Source of the DNA: Chrysomallon squamiferum
Taxonomy: Eukaryota > Animalia > Mollusca
Reading direction: 5' to 3'
Assembly (NCBI GenBank): GCA_012295275.1
Contig: CM022665.1
Coordinates: 14,756,001-14,820,000, forward strand
DNA length: 64,000 nt
The notes below the pieces were generated by a model. The model worked only from the letters and a program-made list of their open reading frames with translations, had not been told where the DNA came from and did not search any database. Shown here piece by piece: positions 52,501 to 63,200 of the stretch. How positions within the stretch are numbered: position 1 is the stretch's first letter; each line of letters starts with the position of its first letter. The translations under genes and the position numbers were made by a program.

Positions 52501-54869
52501 TAGTTGTTAGTAAAATTTTATTGGTAGTAAATCTCCCATTTTTAAATATATCTTTTTTGACATATAGTAACAAAACAGTTAATGTATTTAGTAAATGAAA
52601 ACATAATATTTATAAATTTATAGCTGAATTTACGATTGCTTATTTAGAGAAAAGTTTATCATAGTGTTTTAGACAGTATTTAGTAGAAGTAATTTAATGC
52701 CTCTATTGACTGTTAGTTTGTTAGAAAATTTAATCTGAATGAAACTGGTTATCTATCAGTTATAATTTTGAAATTAAAAAGAACATGCAAAACACTGAAT
52801 ATGTAAATCTAAAATAATAATAATAATAATACATAAAAAGAAAATGAAAGGTTTTATATACTATGACATAAAAACACTTAATTTATATTATGTACTTGTA
52901 AACTAACAAGGATTAAGAAGTTGTTCTCTGTAAGTAAATTTCAATAAATATGTTTTAAATTAGTTACTTTGTGCATGCTTTTATTTCATTTACTCAACCT
53001 AAATTTAATTCTTTTTAGAATTGGTTTTAAAAAAGCAAAAAACTCAAATAATTTATTGATTTAACTAGGAAATATTAAATAGTTAAACATTTTTCAAAAC
53101 ACATAAAAATATTTTTAATATTTTCTTTTATTTATTTATTTTTGTTTGTTTTGTTTCAGAATCCTAGATAGGCATGAATACACAACATTTATTATTGAAG
53201 GTCCTAACCTCACTGATGTTGTAAGTGTTGTCCTATATGAAAAACAGATATGAAATGAAATTCAGTGTAGAATGTTTAATTCTAGTGGTCATGAGATTAC
53301 ATTAATTAAAAATTAAAAAAAGAAAAAGAAAGCCAACAAGAATACCAAGATAACGTTTTCAGGATTATGTGGCTAGTTCTGAAATCTAAGGCTTCCTACA
53401 ACTTTTCATAAGAAAGTAAATATTAATAAACCAGTTAATACCAAGATAACGTTTTCAGGATTATGTGGCTAGTTCTGAAATCTAAGGCTTCCTACAACTT
53501 TTCATAAGAAAGTAAATATTAATAAACCAGTTAATGCCAAGTATTTCTATGTACATAATTAAGGATTATTTATGTGTATGAATTAAAATATATCAAATAT
53601 TTATTGAAAAACAAGTGTGCAGTATTATGTGTTCTGGTCCATGCTTACATATTTATTTCAATGACTTACTTGTTTTGGGGGTTTTTTTTGGTTTGATTCC
53701 ACTTTTAAAAAAAATGAGATTTAAAATTCTAAAATCATTATTAAATGTTTTTTTTTTTTTTTTTCTCCATTGCAGATAGGGAAGTATTACTGGGAAGATC
53801 ATTCACTCCCTGATGACATACTCTCAATACAACAAACCTCAACACCACCTCGGCCTGTTTCAAGACCTTCAAGAGCAGCACCCGAATTACCTCACATTCA
53901 TCAACGTATATTTTCAGCACCTGAACACCAAGAAACTGATGAATGTACTTCTAGAATGAATCAGCAGGATCTGAGGAAGCATGTCTTGAGAAAGTAAAAA
54001 TAAAATTAAGTTTTTTCTTCTGTATATGTTACATATCTTTTTCTGATCAGACTGAGATCTTAAATTATATTTTTAAAATAATCACAGAAAATTACTGTTA
54101 ATTTTGGTAAAATAGTTCATTTGAAATTTATACAGTGAAAATGGTGTTTTAAACATCTAATAGAAAAAACAATACACAAAATCATATAGTGATAATAGAA
54201 ATAATAAATAGAAGCAGTCTGGCTAAATCCATTCTTGTCATCTGGGATTTCAGTTGTTTTTATTTACTTAAAATTAATATTACCTATCATTACAGGGTAT
54301 TAAAAGGACACACAAATATTTAAATGTTTACATTTTTTTCCAATACAGAAACTTTGATTCAGAAAAACAGGTATTGCCATACATACCACCAAAGCCAATA
54401 CCCCTCAGTGTTGATGATATAATACAGGAGAGTAAGACAGTGGTAAGACCCTGTTCAAAATATGATTAAATTTTGCTTTGCCAAAACATTGCAGTGTTGT
54501 TTTTTCATGTCTTTCACATTTTGTGGACATTTACTATCATTTACATATGAAAATATTTTATGAATTTTATAAATATATCAATTGCTTTATTATCATTTAA
54601 AAAAATAGTTTCTTTTAAATGTTGACTGTGTGCATAAGTTTTAATGTTTAGGGTTTTTTGTTTTTTTTAATATATAAATATGAGAAAGAGAGCTAGAGTG
54701 AAAAAAATAGACCAAAATATATGTATGTTGGGGTAGGGGAAATTACAGAATAAAATGAAAAATATACTAAAATTTTTCTATCCATTTTCTTTTACAGGAA
54801 GCCAAGTGCTTGAGTAGCAACTGGACTAATTATGCCAGAGCAGGAAAAAGTGTGTTTTTAACCTTGTAA
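42428..54869 (+). CDS. Uncharacterised 15-exon protein-coding gene, 558 aa (580 aa if the in-frame ATG at 42362 is used); K/E-rich, coiled-coil-like N-half, Pro/Thr-rich linkers
   Basis: join(42428-42514,43002-43193,44655-44753,45100-45258,45763-45861,46152-46266,47369-47401,48866-49065,49695-49766,50200-50265,50960-51069,53160-53220,53776-53993,54349-54442,54798-54869) = 1677 nt. All introns are GT..AG; phases 0,0,0,0,0,1,1,0,0,0,2,0,2,0 are compatible; no internal stop; ends ...NWTNYARAGKSVFLTL*. Confidence 0.88.
43002..43193 (+). CDS. Unknown gene, exon 2
   Basis: ttcag|; TSNNARHEDK...EEENEEKEDKKQKEKEEKKLN; |gtaaat. Confidence 0.8.
43495..43653 (+). mobile_element. Decayed SINE fragment (resembles the central domain of molluscan Meta-type tRNA-derived SINEs)
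   Basis: tccagccagtgccctgtaactggcatataaaaggttgtggtgtgttatcctatc...gtgcatgtaaaagatcatttgttg; family recognition is from memory and needs a repeat-library search. Confidence 0.55.
44655..44753 (+). CDS. Unknown gene, exon 3
   Basis: tttag|; KLLRSKAKKKNKKTAVFYDSDEEKEKEKERDDE; |gtacag. Confidence 0.82.
45100..45258 (+). CDS. Unknown gene, exon 4
   Basis: ttcag|; KYLQVLNDLEKLRTYYYNKYKRLLTEKVEKQRRSIRQQKEKSEIEAKNKEKSQ; |gtgctg. Confidence 0.85.
45763..45861 (+). CDS. Unknown gene, exon 5
   Basis: cacag|; KEANYKNQKRSEQHVLSHNDEYMKSIPKSDVYM; |gtaggt. Confidence 0.87.
46152..46266 (+). CDS. Unknown gene, exon 6
   Basis: tatag|; IIGLQDQMVKQGKLKNQEDLDNFWNEMRKPEVFLSYFP; CAG|gtatga. Confidence 0.87.
47369..47401 (+). 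CDS. Unknown gene, exon 7 (33-nt symmetric micro-exon)
   Basis: tgtag|; ANIDKNENSSE; G|gtaaat; phase 1-1, so not required by the reading frame. Confidence 0.6.
47987..48060. repeat. (ATAC)n microsatellite, intronic
   Basis: Direct reading. Confidence 0.95.
48866..49065 (+). CDS. Unknown gene, exon 8
   Basis: tacag|; EGMSSLSGLATTTTSTT...APPPPLLHRPLSNIEETKESSRPTTQEEHWAVTQKFRHVHS; |gtatgt. Confidence 0.85.
49255..49400 (-). mobile_element. Highly decayed SINE 3' part, probably the same superfamily
   Basis: gtttaataacaccttagcacac...caattagcagcaatgtattcttttg is reverse-complement similar to the aaaagatc...ttg.tg.taat block at 43632-43652. Confidence 0.35.
49445..49514. repeat. (AG)n microsatellite, intronic
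   Basis: Direct reading. Confidence 0.97.
49695..49766 (+). CDS. Unknown gene, exon 9
   Basis: tttag|; PGNTSRRTFIAKQAATDLERKCPK; |gtaatt. Confidence 0.87.
50200..50265 (+). CDS. Unknown gene, exon 10
   Basis: ttcag|; LEMPPLHCFTMELGPKPPDPEE; |gtaaca. Confidence 0.88.
50960..51069 (+). CDS. Unknown gene, exon 11
   Basis: tatag|; IRREEVIRIKEKNRRGFLKKLHKMHHLAMANGAAAT; AG|gtactg. Confidence 0.87.
53160..53220 (+). CDS. Unknown gene, exon 12
   Basis: ttcag|; RILDRHEYTTFIIEGPNLTDV; |gtaagt. Confidence 0.87.
53341..53532. repeat. Exact 96-bp tandem duplication in intron 12 of the unknown gene
   Basis: aataccaagataacgttttcagg...aataaaccagtt at 53341-53436 and 53437-53532, followed by aatgccaag. 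Confidence 0.95.
53776..53993 (+). CDS. Unknown gene, exon 13
   Basis: tgcag|; IGKYYWEDHSLPDD...QQDLRKHVLR; AA|gtaaaa. Confidence 0.85.
54349..54442 (+). CDS. Unknown gene, exon 14
   Basis: tacag|; KNFDSEKQVLPYIPPKPIPLSVDDIIQESKTV; |gtaaga. Confidence 0.85.
54798..54869 (+). CDS. Unknown gene, terminal coding exon 15
   Basis: tacag|; EAKCLSSNWTNYARAGKSVFLTL-TAA. Confidence 0.86.
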   Translation, partial: EAKCLSSNWTNYARAGKSVFLTL

Positions 54870-57178
54870 CTCAAGTAATGTCTGCTGTCAGTCTGCATAA
54901 AACACTGCCAAAACTACTTTCCTTTTTTAAAATGTTTAGCTGTAAATATTATTTATTTTTAATTATAATATCTGCATTTTTAACTGGGAACTGGGAAATG
55001 CTTTTATTTATAATGGGGAATTTGTGTATGTATTTATGTATATTTTATGCTTGTTAATGAAATGAATTTATATTGTAGACTTTTTGTAAGGCTGGTAACT
55101 GAATATTTATTAATATTTTGCTTCTGTTCTGCAAAAGATTTTAAAAGTAAAAAAAAAAATAAAAAAAAAAAAAAAAAAAAAAAAAAAACATGCAGTCCCT
55201 ATATGTAATATAAGTATTTAACAGATCCACCTATTTTATGTGATGATTTTCAAAAAGCAGATGCTCATTTATTTAGTAGTTCCATTCTTGAATTTATTTC
55301 ATATAAAAAATATAATGTATTTTGTATAACTTTTCTTACACTGTTTACTGTAGTTGATCACAAGTCAAAAACTGGTGTTTCTTAAAAGGTATATTTGTAG
55401 TGTTTTTAAACAATCATATTTCAGTTTCTACAGCCATCATAAAGATGTATATACTAAGAATTTGGTATCATATGAAAGGGAAATTTGTGCTGTTAAGTGT
55501 AATAAAATAAAAACATTTGGAAATTTTAATTCAGGATGGATACAAGAAAATAGACTTGATTCAGATTTTACCTTCAGGTCACCAAGATATTCAATTAATT
55601 TATGGATCATATTGAATCAGAAGTTGTGGTATCACTAAATTCAGTTTACATAAGTTGCTTTTCCATTTGCATATAACTTCTGACAGGATATATATATAAC
55701 ATATGAATGATATTTACAATTTTGAGAAATGATATTTGTGAATTTATATAGTGTGTGTTTATTGTGGGGTGAAATAATAGAAACAACTTATTCCAAGATA
55801 TAAAAATATTTATTATGTAATAGATTATTTTAAACAGAATCCCAATAATAGTTCCAGTGATTTTTTTTTTTTTAGAATGAATCCTTATAGTGATGTGAAA
55901 ATACAAAAAATAAAAGGTTTATTTTCAAATAAAGAAAATTTACCTTTGAGCCCCAGCATATATTAAAGACAAACAGCTCAACCATAGCTCCAAAATGGCA
56001 AAATAAACAATTGTGCACACAAGTTTATTCAATTTGTAAAACTGTAATTTGTTAAAATAAAATCAAAGGCGTTACCTATGTCACTTCTTATCCTTTTTTA
56101 ACAACCATTTGGGATGTTGCTACATTATGTTTCAGTACTCTTGAAGCAATTTGGGTTCTTGGTGTTAAGAAATTGCCTATTTTGTTTGCTGGGGTGGGGG
56201 GGCAGTCTTTTTTAAATGGAAATTTTGTACAGTTCGATAAAAGTTTGTATTAAATTTCCTGAAAAAAAAACAAACAGCTGAGATCACTTTTATTTTCATT
56301 TATTTTCATTTTTTTTTTTTAACATACCTGAAGTTGATTTTATATTAAGATCAGCTATATCAAGTAAGGTATATTCTGACAAAGCATCAACATTTATAAC
56401 TAATTTATTAACTAACCTTTTTTTATTTTTCTAACCAAAAAACAAATAGAACCAGTGCCTTTCAACTATGTATCTATACATGTCTTATTCTTATGTTGTA
56501 CTTTGTTTTGTTTGAAATACACCATTTAATATAAACCATTCTTCCACAATAATATTTATTCCAGTAATTAAGATGGTGCTGGTACACCATACCACAAAAC
56601 AAAACTCATCTGTTATTTACACACTTTTGATGTTTTGCAAAGCTCAAATATACTATACAAGAGTATTGTAATGTAATTATTGTCTGTGATTTTTTTTGTT
56701 GGTTTATATTATTCTACTAGTTTTATAGTACTTAAAATGTTTGTGAAAGGTATAATTACTGCACAACATATATATATAAAAAGTTTATTATTAATAACTG
56801 GTTTGTTGTCATGTTCTAAATAAGGCTTTTGGTTCAGTGTTTGACATCTTTGCTTAATTAAGATCACCAACAAGAAAATGTACTTTATCAAATAGCTGAA
56901 AAATGTATTGTGAATGAATTATTTTAAAATCACATCAGCAGAATGAAAACATTTACTAAATGTCAACTAAATAAGACTTAATGAGAGACAATTACATTTT
57001 ACCATAAACAGAATTATTTATTTATAATGCAAAGTTTAACTTAGATTTATAGAAACTCATGCACACAGTTAACAGAATCACCATTGTGAAGCCCTGCAGC
57101 TAACCAAGAATAAAAGTAACTTGAGATAATACATTATTTGTGTTCTTACACAATATGAACACTAAAAGAAACTTTCAG

Positions 57179-57247
57179 CTATTCTTCAAATCTCTGTTCT
57201 CTAGATTTATCTATTCCATCCAAAATCTGACCATAAACAGAATTCAT
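57179..57247 (-). CDS. TEX11: TEX11 terminal coding exon
   Basis: tttag|MNSVYGQILDGIDKSREQRFEE-TAG; candidate AATAAA on the minus strand at 57017-57022. Confidence 0.9.
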   Translation of the reverse strand: MNSVYGQILDGIDKSREQRFEE

Positions 57248-60200
57248 CTAAAAAAGTAAAATACTGAAGTGCCTTTATCAAAGTATTATTAGTCTTTTAC
57301 TACTGCTAAAAAACCTTAACAGAAAGATTGTAAATTTTACAATTAAGTGATACAAGAAAACCAAAAAGCATTTTTAAAAGTTCTCAATAAATCAGGCTAA
57401 ACACAGGTTCATTATTAGTGACTTAAGCAGACAGAATTAGAATACAGAACTTCTACAACCTTTTCTTAATAAGATGACAATAATTAAATCAAAATAAATT
57501 TTAAAATTTACATGTCATTCAAAATGAACTGTTTCAAAACATTTAATTATCCATCAGTTATATAATCTATGAACTCTAACATAAATTAAACCATAAATTA
57601 TTTCCTTTAAATTGTCTTCTTCAATGTGTAAATGGACAGCCATATTTTTAGATTATATATAGTGAATACCTGTATTGACTGATGATACAAAATGATACCT
57701 GTTCTTCATAGCTGTTCCTCATTGTAGGAAGATACTTTAGCATGCTCATGCTTAATCCACACCATCTTTCTGCTTCAACATAGTTACAGGAACTGAAACA
57801 CCAATACAGATGTCAATTCTTCATCACCTTTGCTTTAAACATTTTTTTTTTTTTTAATTACTCAGTAAAATAAAATAAAAAAATAAAAACCATGTATAAT
57901 TAATGACAATAGTTAATACCAGTAGGTGAGAGGAGAGATCAGAAAACAATTTAAAATAGAGTTCTCAGTATCTAAAGTATAATATCAGGTGCACAGTTTT
58001 CAAATGCTTATCCTTGATTGTTGTTGGGTGCAATGTTAAATATAATGCTTAAAATTCAGTGTCTATATTTATGTTTACTTCTCTGCATTTGTTACATTAA
58101 TTGTCAAAGCAAACAATGTGACAGTTTGTTTTTTAAACACAATTAAAAAGGATAAGATATATTTAATACAGTAGATCTTGTAAACTGATAGAATATTTAT
58201 GTATTACAAAATTTGTTTCACAGATTTTGATATAAATTTACTTTTATTGTTTAAAATAAGCAGAATTGTCACACTGAATATTAACAGCTAATTTCATGCT
58301 TAAAACAAGAAACACAAAGTTTTAATGTACTGATTGATATTCATTCAGTTTCATCAGATTATTTGAATTGTTTTAATTACACTGTATTTTATTACAACAA
58401 AAAATCATTTATATAATTGAATATGATTTAACTGCATTGAAATGAATTCCAGTCTCCTGTCATTATATATATATATATATTTTACCTATAATAATGTATT
58501 CCACAGTTCCATGCCTTTGTCATTAACCACAAAATTTCTATTTCTGGATATTGACTCTGAAAAACAATAAAATTTATTATTTGTACTTAAAGCATTTAAC
58601 ATTTGATGTAAAATACCAAAAACTGGTTTGCCTTCAAGAAAAAACAAAAACATTTTAAACTTATTTTATATGTAATATTATTTTCTTTGAAAAGTATTGA
58701 AATATAAATTTACCTGTGCTCTGTTTGCTATAATTTCAATAGTTTCCTTGAAGTAACTAAATGTCTCTTCCATGTTACCCAACTCTCTGTTTCCTGTTTC
58801 TCTTGACATAGATAACTGGATAAGGCTATGAATATCTTTACTGGAAATGTACAAAATAATATTTCTTAAATAAACCTGTCTGCTACAAGTAAAAAGAAAA
58901 ACCTAATACATTTTATATACATTATTATTTTACTTGAACTTCATGACACTAACCTTTGCTAATAGTTAAGTATGACAATGGAATAAAAAGCTCAGTAATA
59001 TGTATAAAACTTGTTATTTTGAATAAAAATATAATTATCTTCCAACTTTGACTGACTGAGAAATTTAATAATTATTTATATTATAAGTCATAATATTAGT
59101 AAAATATAATAAAGCAATATTAAAAAAAGAAAAGAAAAGTAATTTTATCAAAGATAAAATAAATAATAATATTATAAAAAAAAAAAAACAACTTGTATTT
59201 GGCACTGATAAAAAAATCTGTTATATTAGTATTTTGATGAAATGGATAAAGTATATCTCTCTGCATTTAAGAACCGTGAACAACAGAGCTCTGTTTGTTT
59301 CAGTATACAATGGTACCTTGACTTACAAGTTTAATTCATTCTATGGCCGAGCTTGTAACTGAATCTGCTCGTATATCAAATCAATTTTCCCAACTGAAAT
59401 TTATTGAAATACCATTAATCTGTTCCAGCCCTCCAAAAACCACCCCAATTTTTTGTAACATGTTTTTAAATAAGAAAAATGTATTTATAAATGACAAATA
59501 TTGTATAAAAACAAAATAAAAGAGAATGTAAAGAAATAAATTGGTTTTGTAAAGTGTACAGAGTTAGGGTTTCTCCATCTTTTCATGGACAGAGGTCTGC
59601 AGCTTAGAAATTATTTTAAAGTCATCCACTGGAGTTATAGTTTTATTGACTTCTTCTGCTTCAATATGGTACATTCTGTAGAAGTACAATGCTCGTACTA
59701 CCTAGCCAAGTCGACACACACACCTCGCACATTTTTCCATTATTTCATGCTTTAATTCAATGGACAGCATCTGCTTCTTCTTCTCAGTACTGTCCTTTGC
59801 ACTCATTTTCTTAGGATCTATGGTCATGGATCCATGGAAATTTGGCAAAATATTGCACAAAACGTGAGCACAACACAACAGATATGCTTCCATGGCGAGG
59901 TAACCATGTGAAGCAAACAAATGAGATGCAGGATGCTGGGCAGGTGTTAAGTTGTTTGTTGTGCCAACTAGCTCATAACTCGGAAAACTTGTAAGTTGGT
60001 GCACTTGTAAGTCAAGGTATCACTGTATATATATTTGTATTAATTACCTGCATCTTTTAAAATCTGGTTCCTCTTTCTGTAGATGAGTTCTGATTGCCAC
60101 TTTCAAAGCTCGGATGCAAAGACTTTTGTTATCTGCTGGAGATTCAATTGCCAGTGCTTAAAGTAAAATAATTTTAATATTGTAATAATTTAGACAGGGT

Positions 60201-63200
60201 ATTTCCAAATTACTGTGGAAATTGGTATTTAAATATTATCAAATTTGTGTTACTATTTTACAGTGTCAATACTGCTTTGATTTCAATATAACTGACCAAC
60301 AGTGGCATACCTAAGGTTAAGCAAGTATGGCATGTGCCCTGGACACCACTGAGATCATTCTGTTAAACATGACTAGTATTTTTCAGCTGATATTATTTCC
60401 CTTAGCTGTGGAGAGAAAAGTTTAATGTATCAATATTTAAAACATTTATAATATCTACCTGCTAAAGATTCAAACATTTTTGGTTCTGGCTGAGGCATTG
60501 TTAAAGCTTTCTCAAGAACATCCTCAGCACTGGAATCATTCAGTTTCACACGAGCTTCAAACTCATATAATAACAACAAAACATCTGAAGTGCCTGGCTT
60601 GTGATTTGCTGCAACTAAAATAATATATATATATATATATATATAAAATTACTACAATATTAAACATCTACTATTATTACTCAGTACTAAAAATAATCAA
60701 ACACTAAAGGCAACTGAAAATATATTTTTTGTGTTATCCAGAAATATGTGAAGTTATTATACAAGCTCACTTCAAGGCACAAAGGTTGTCTGAAAAAAAA
60801 GTTTTTTAAAAGAAATTTCTCAAATACCTGTCCAAATTCTGTTCTGATCTCTGCGAATAATAGATTTATATTCTTGAATGTGATGAATAACTTCTTCATA
60901 GGCTTCTTTCTGAAAAAAAACATTAAAATGCTTTTCAAAAGTACAACATGGGATTTAATTTAATGTTGAATAAAAAATGTTTTATAAATAAAATAAAAAT
61001 ACTTTAAACAGCAATGCAAAAATGAAATGAAATAATGAGAAAAGTCCCAAAACAACACTGGATAAATTTAGATGGATCTTTTTTTACTTATTAACTAATC
61101 ATTTAAAAAAAAAACAATTACAGATATGAAATTATTATATTTTGTGAGAAATGAACAGAAAAGCTAACCTTTTCTATTTGATCAGACTTCTGTTTGGCTA
61201 TTTGTAGACAAGCAGCAGCAGCCATTAGGGTGCAAGTCTGCTGTCTACTAGAAGTGTTGTTATCAGGACAAAGAGACAGTAGCTAATCAGAAAAAATCAA
61301 AAAAAAAAAAAAAAAAAAAATCAGAACATATCAATCCAACATTTATCATCTATATTTTAAAAAAAAAAGAAGGAGAAAAAGGTATTAACCAATAGACAGA
61401 ACAAACTAGATATTAACATTTTAATGTCAATCATGGATAAACTACAATAACCCAGAATTAATGAGAATTAATATGTAACATAAGAGCATGTCTAAAGCTC
61501 ACCATGGACATAAATAGACTGTATTAGCATCAAATCTGTGTTACATTATAAAATATTAATAAGAACATTTTTTGAATCCTGAACATTTTTTGCAACAACT
61601 CACAAATAAATTTTAATGTAATGGTAAGCTTAGAAAAATTAAATGGAAATAATTTTATATATTTAACTCTGCCTACCTGAAAACAGAGAAGGAAGAATTC
61701 CTTCATGCAAAATGGATCTTCCTCACATTTAAGAGCCAGATTCCAAGCTTTAAAGCCAAAGATTATTAATATACATATACATATACATATCTATATATAT
61801 AATTATTTAACTTATAATTTGAATATAAGGAAATAAATTAACACCAATTTATTTTGTTAAAAGAATTGAAATAAACAATGATAAGTCAACTCTTTTCACT
61901 GTACTTTCAAAACTGTGACTTTATTCCATTCTGAAATATTTTATCGACATTCTTACTAATTTTCATAAACCATGTAGCTTCCTCATGAATATGAATGTGG
62001 GATGAGTCTTCAGTGTTGCTTATCACCAGCAGTTTATTATATGCTGAAGAAAAACAAATATGTTGTTGTTATTATTATTATTATTTGTTTACAAATGCCT
62101 TACAATAACTATGTTAAAATAAATTATAACAATGTTAACAATAACTAATGAAGACACAACATCAAAAATGTCAATTAAAAAAAAGGGGTGATAATATATA
62201 ATTGATGAATAAAACATTATTATAATAAAAATTTACCTGCTCTTACATGTGGAATAATTGTAGCCATTTTATTACTGAAAGGAAATAAGAGATTATTATT
62301 ATGAATGTCTTTTTATAATATTTACAAAAAAATAAAATCTTAATTTAATAATTGAATTAAAACATTTCATACAAATGAAGTAATTTCATGTAACATAAAT
62401 TAAATAATAATATAATTATTGGATGAACTAAATAAATATTATGAATTAATAAATCTTTATTATTTTCAGCTTATGACTAGGTTAAACTAATTAAATGCAT
62501 AAACCCTGTAATTCATATTTTTTATCTATTTACTATTATTATTGTTGTAGCTGTTTACTGCAAACTAATATAGAATCTTGACTGAAACCTGAAGTTTAGC
62601 TATCTTGTATTTATTTAATATTTATGGAGGTGAGTACATAAAGTCACTTGCTATTTTTCTTAGACAAAAATTGGAAAAAAATATTCTGTTTATTGGTAAA
62701 ACAAAATCTTATTTTACTGTAATTTATTACAGAACAAAACAGTATAAAAGTAATATTTTGAAATGTTATAATATTTGGTAGATTTAAATAAAAAAACAAG
62801 AAAAAAAAGAAGTTTTTTCAATCTAAATAATAATGGACTGTCAGTATTACTCTTCACTGTTGCATGAATCTACAGCACTGATTTTAAGTCGAACAAGACA
62901 TCTCAGAGCAGTCAAAACTTGCTGATTGTTTGTGCTATGATTCACCAAAAAATCCAGTGCCATACATGCTGTATTGCTGTTGTTTTGCTGTAAATATAAA
63001 TAAATAAATAAATAAATAAATAAATGTGTGTGTGTGTGTGTGTTTGTGTGAGACAGAGAGAGAATTATTTTTATTAATTTATTACTGTATGTTCTCATTA
63101 ATAAATAATTTCTTGATAAAACTGATATAATTAGATTTCTAAAAACAAAATCAGTAGTATAAATATTATTAGCTAGCTAAATGTTGATTTATGACTAAAA

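Noticed and set aside
55149-55188. Poly-A tract as a retrocopy or mRNA tail
   Set aside because: The gene has introns, no TSD is visible, and long A/T runs occur throughout the window.
54870-57178. Overlapping 3' UTRs of the convergent unknown gene and TEX11
   Set aside because: Each has candidate AATAAA signals that would end it before overlap (55501 on plus, 57017-57022 on minus); cannot be supported without transcripts.
57600-57698. Alternative TEX11 last exon after a ~29-nt intron
   Set aside because: Intron too short; the homologous terminal exon is at 57179-57247.
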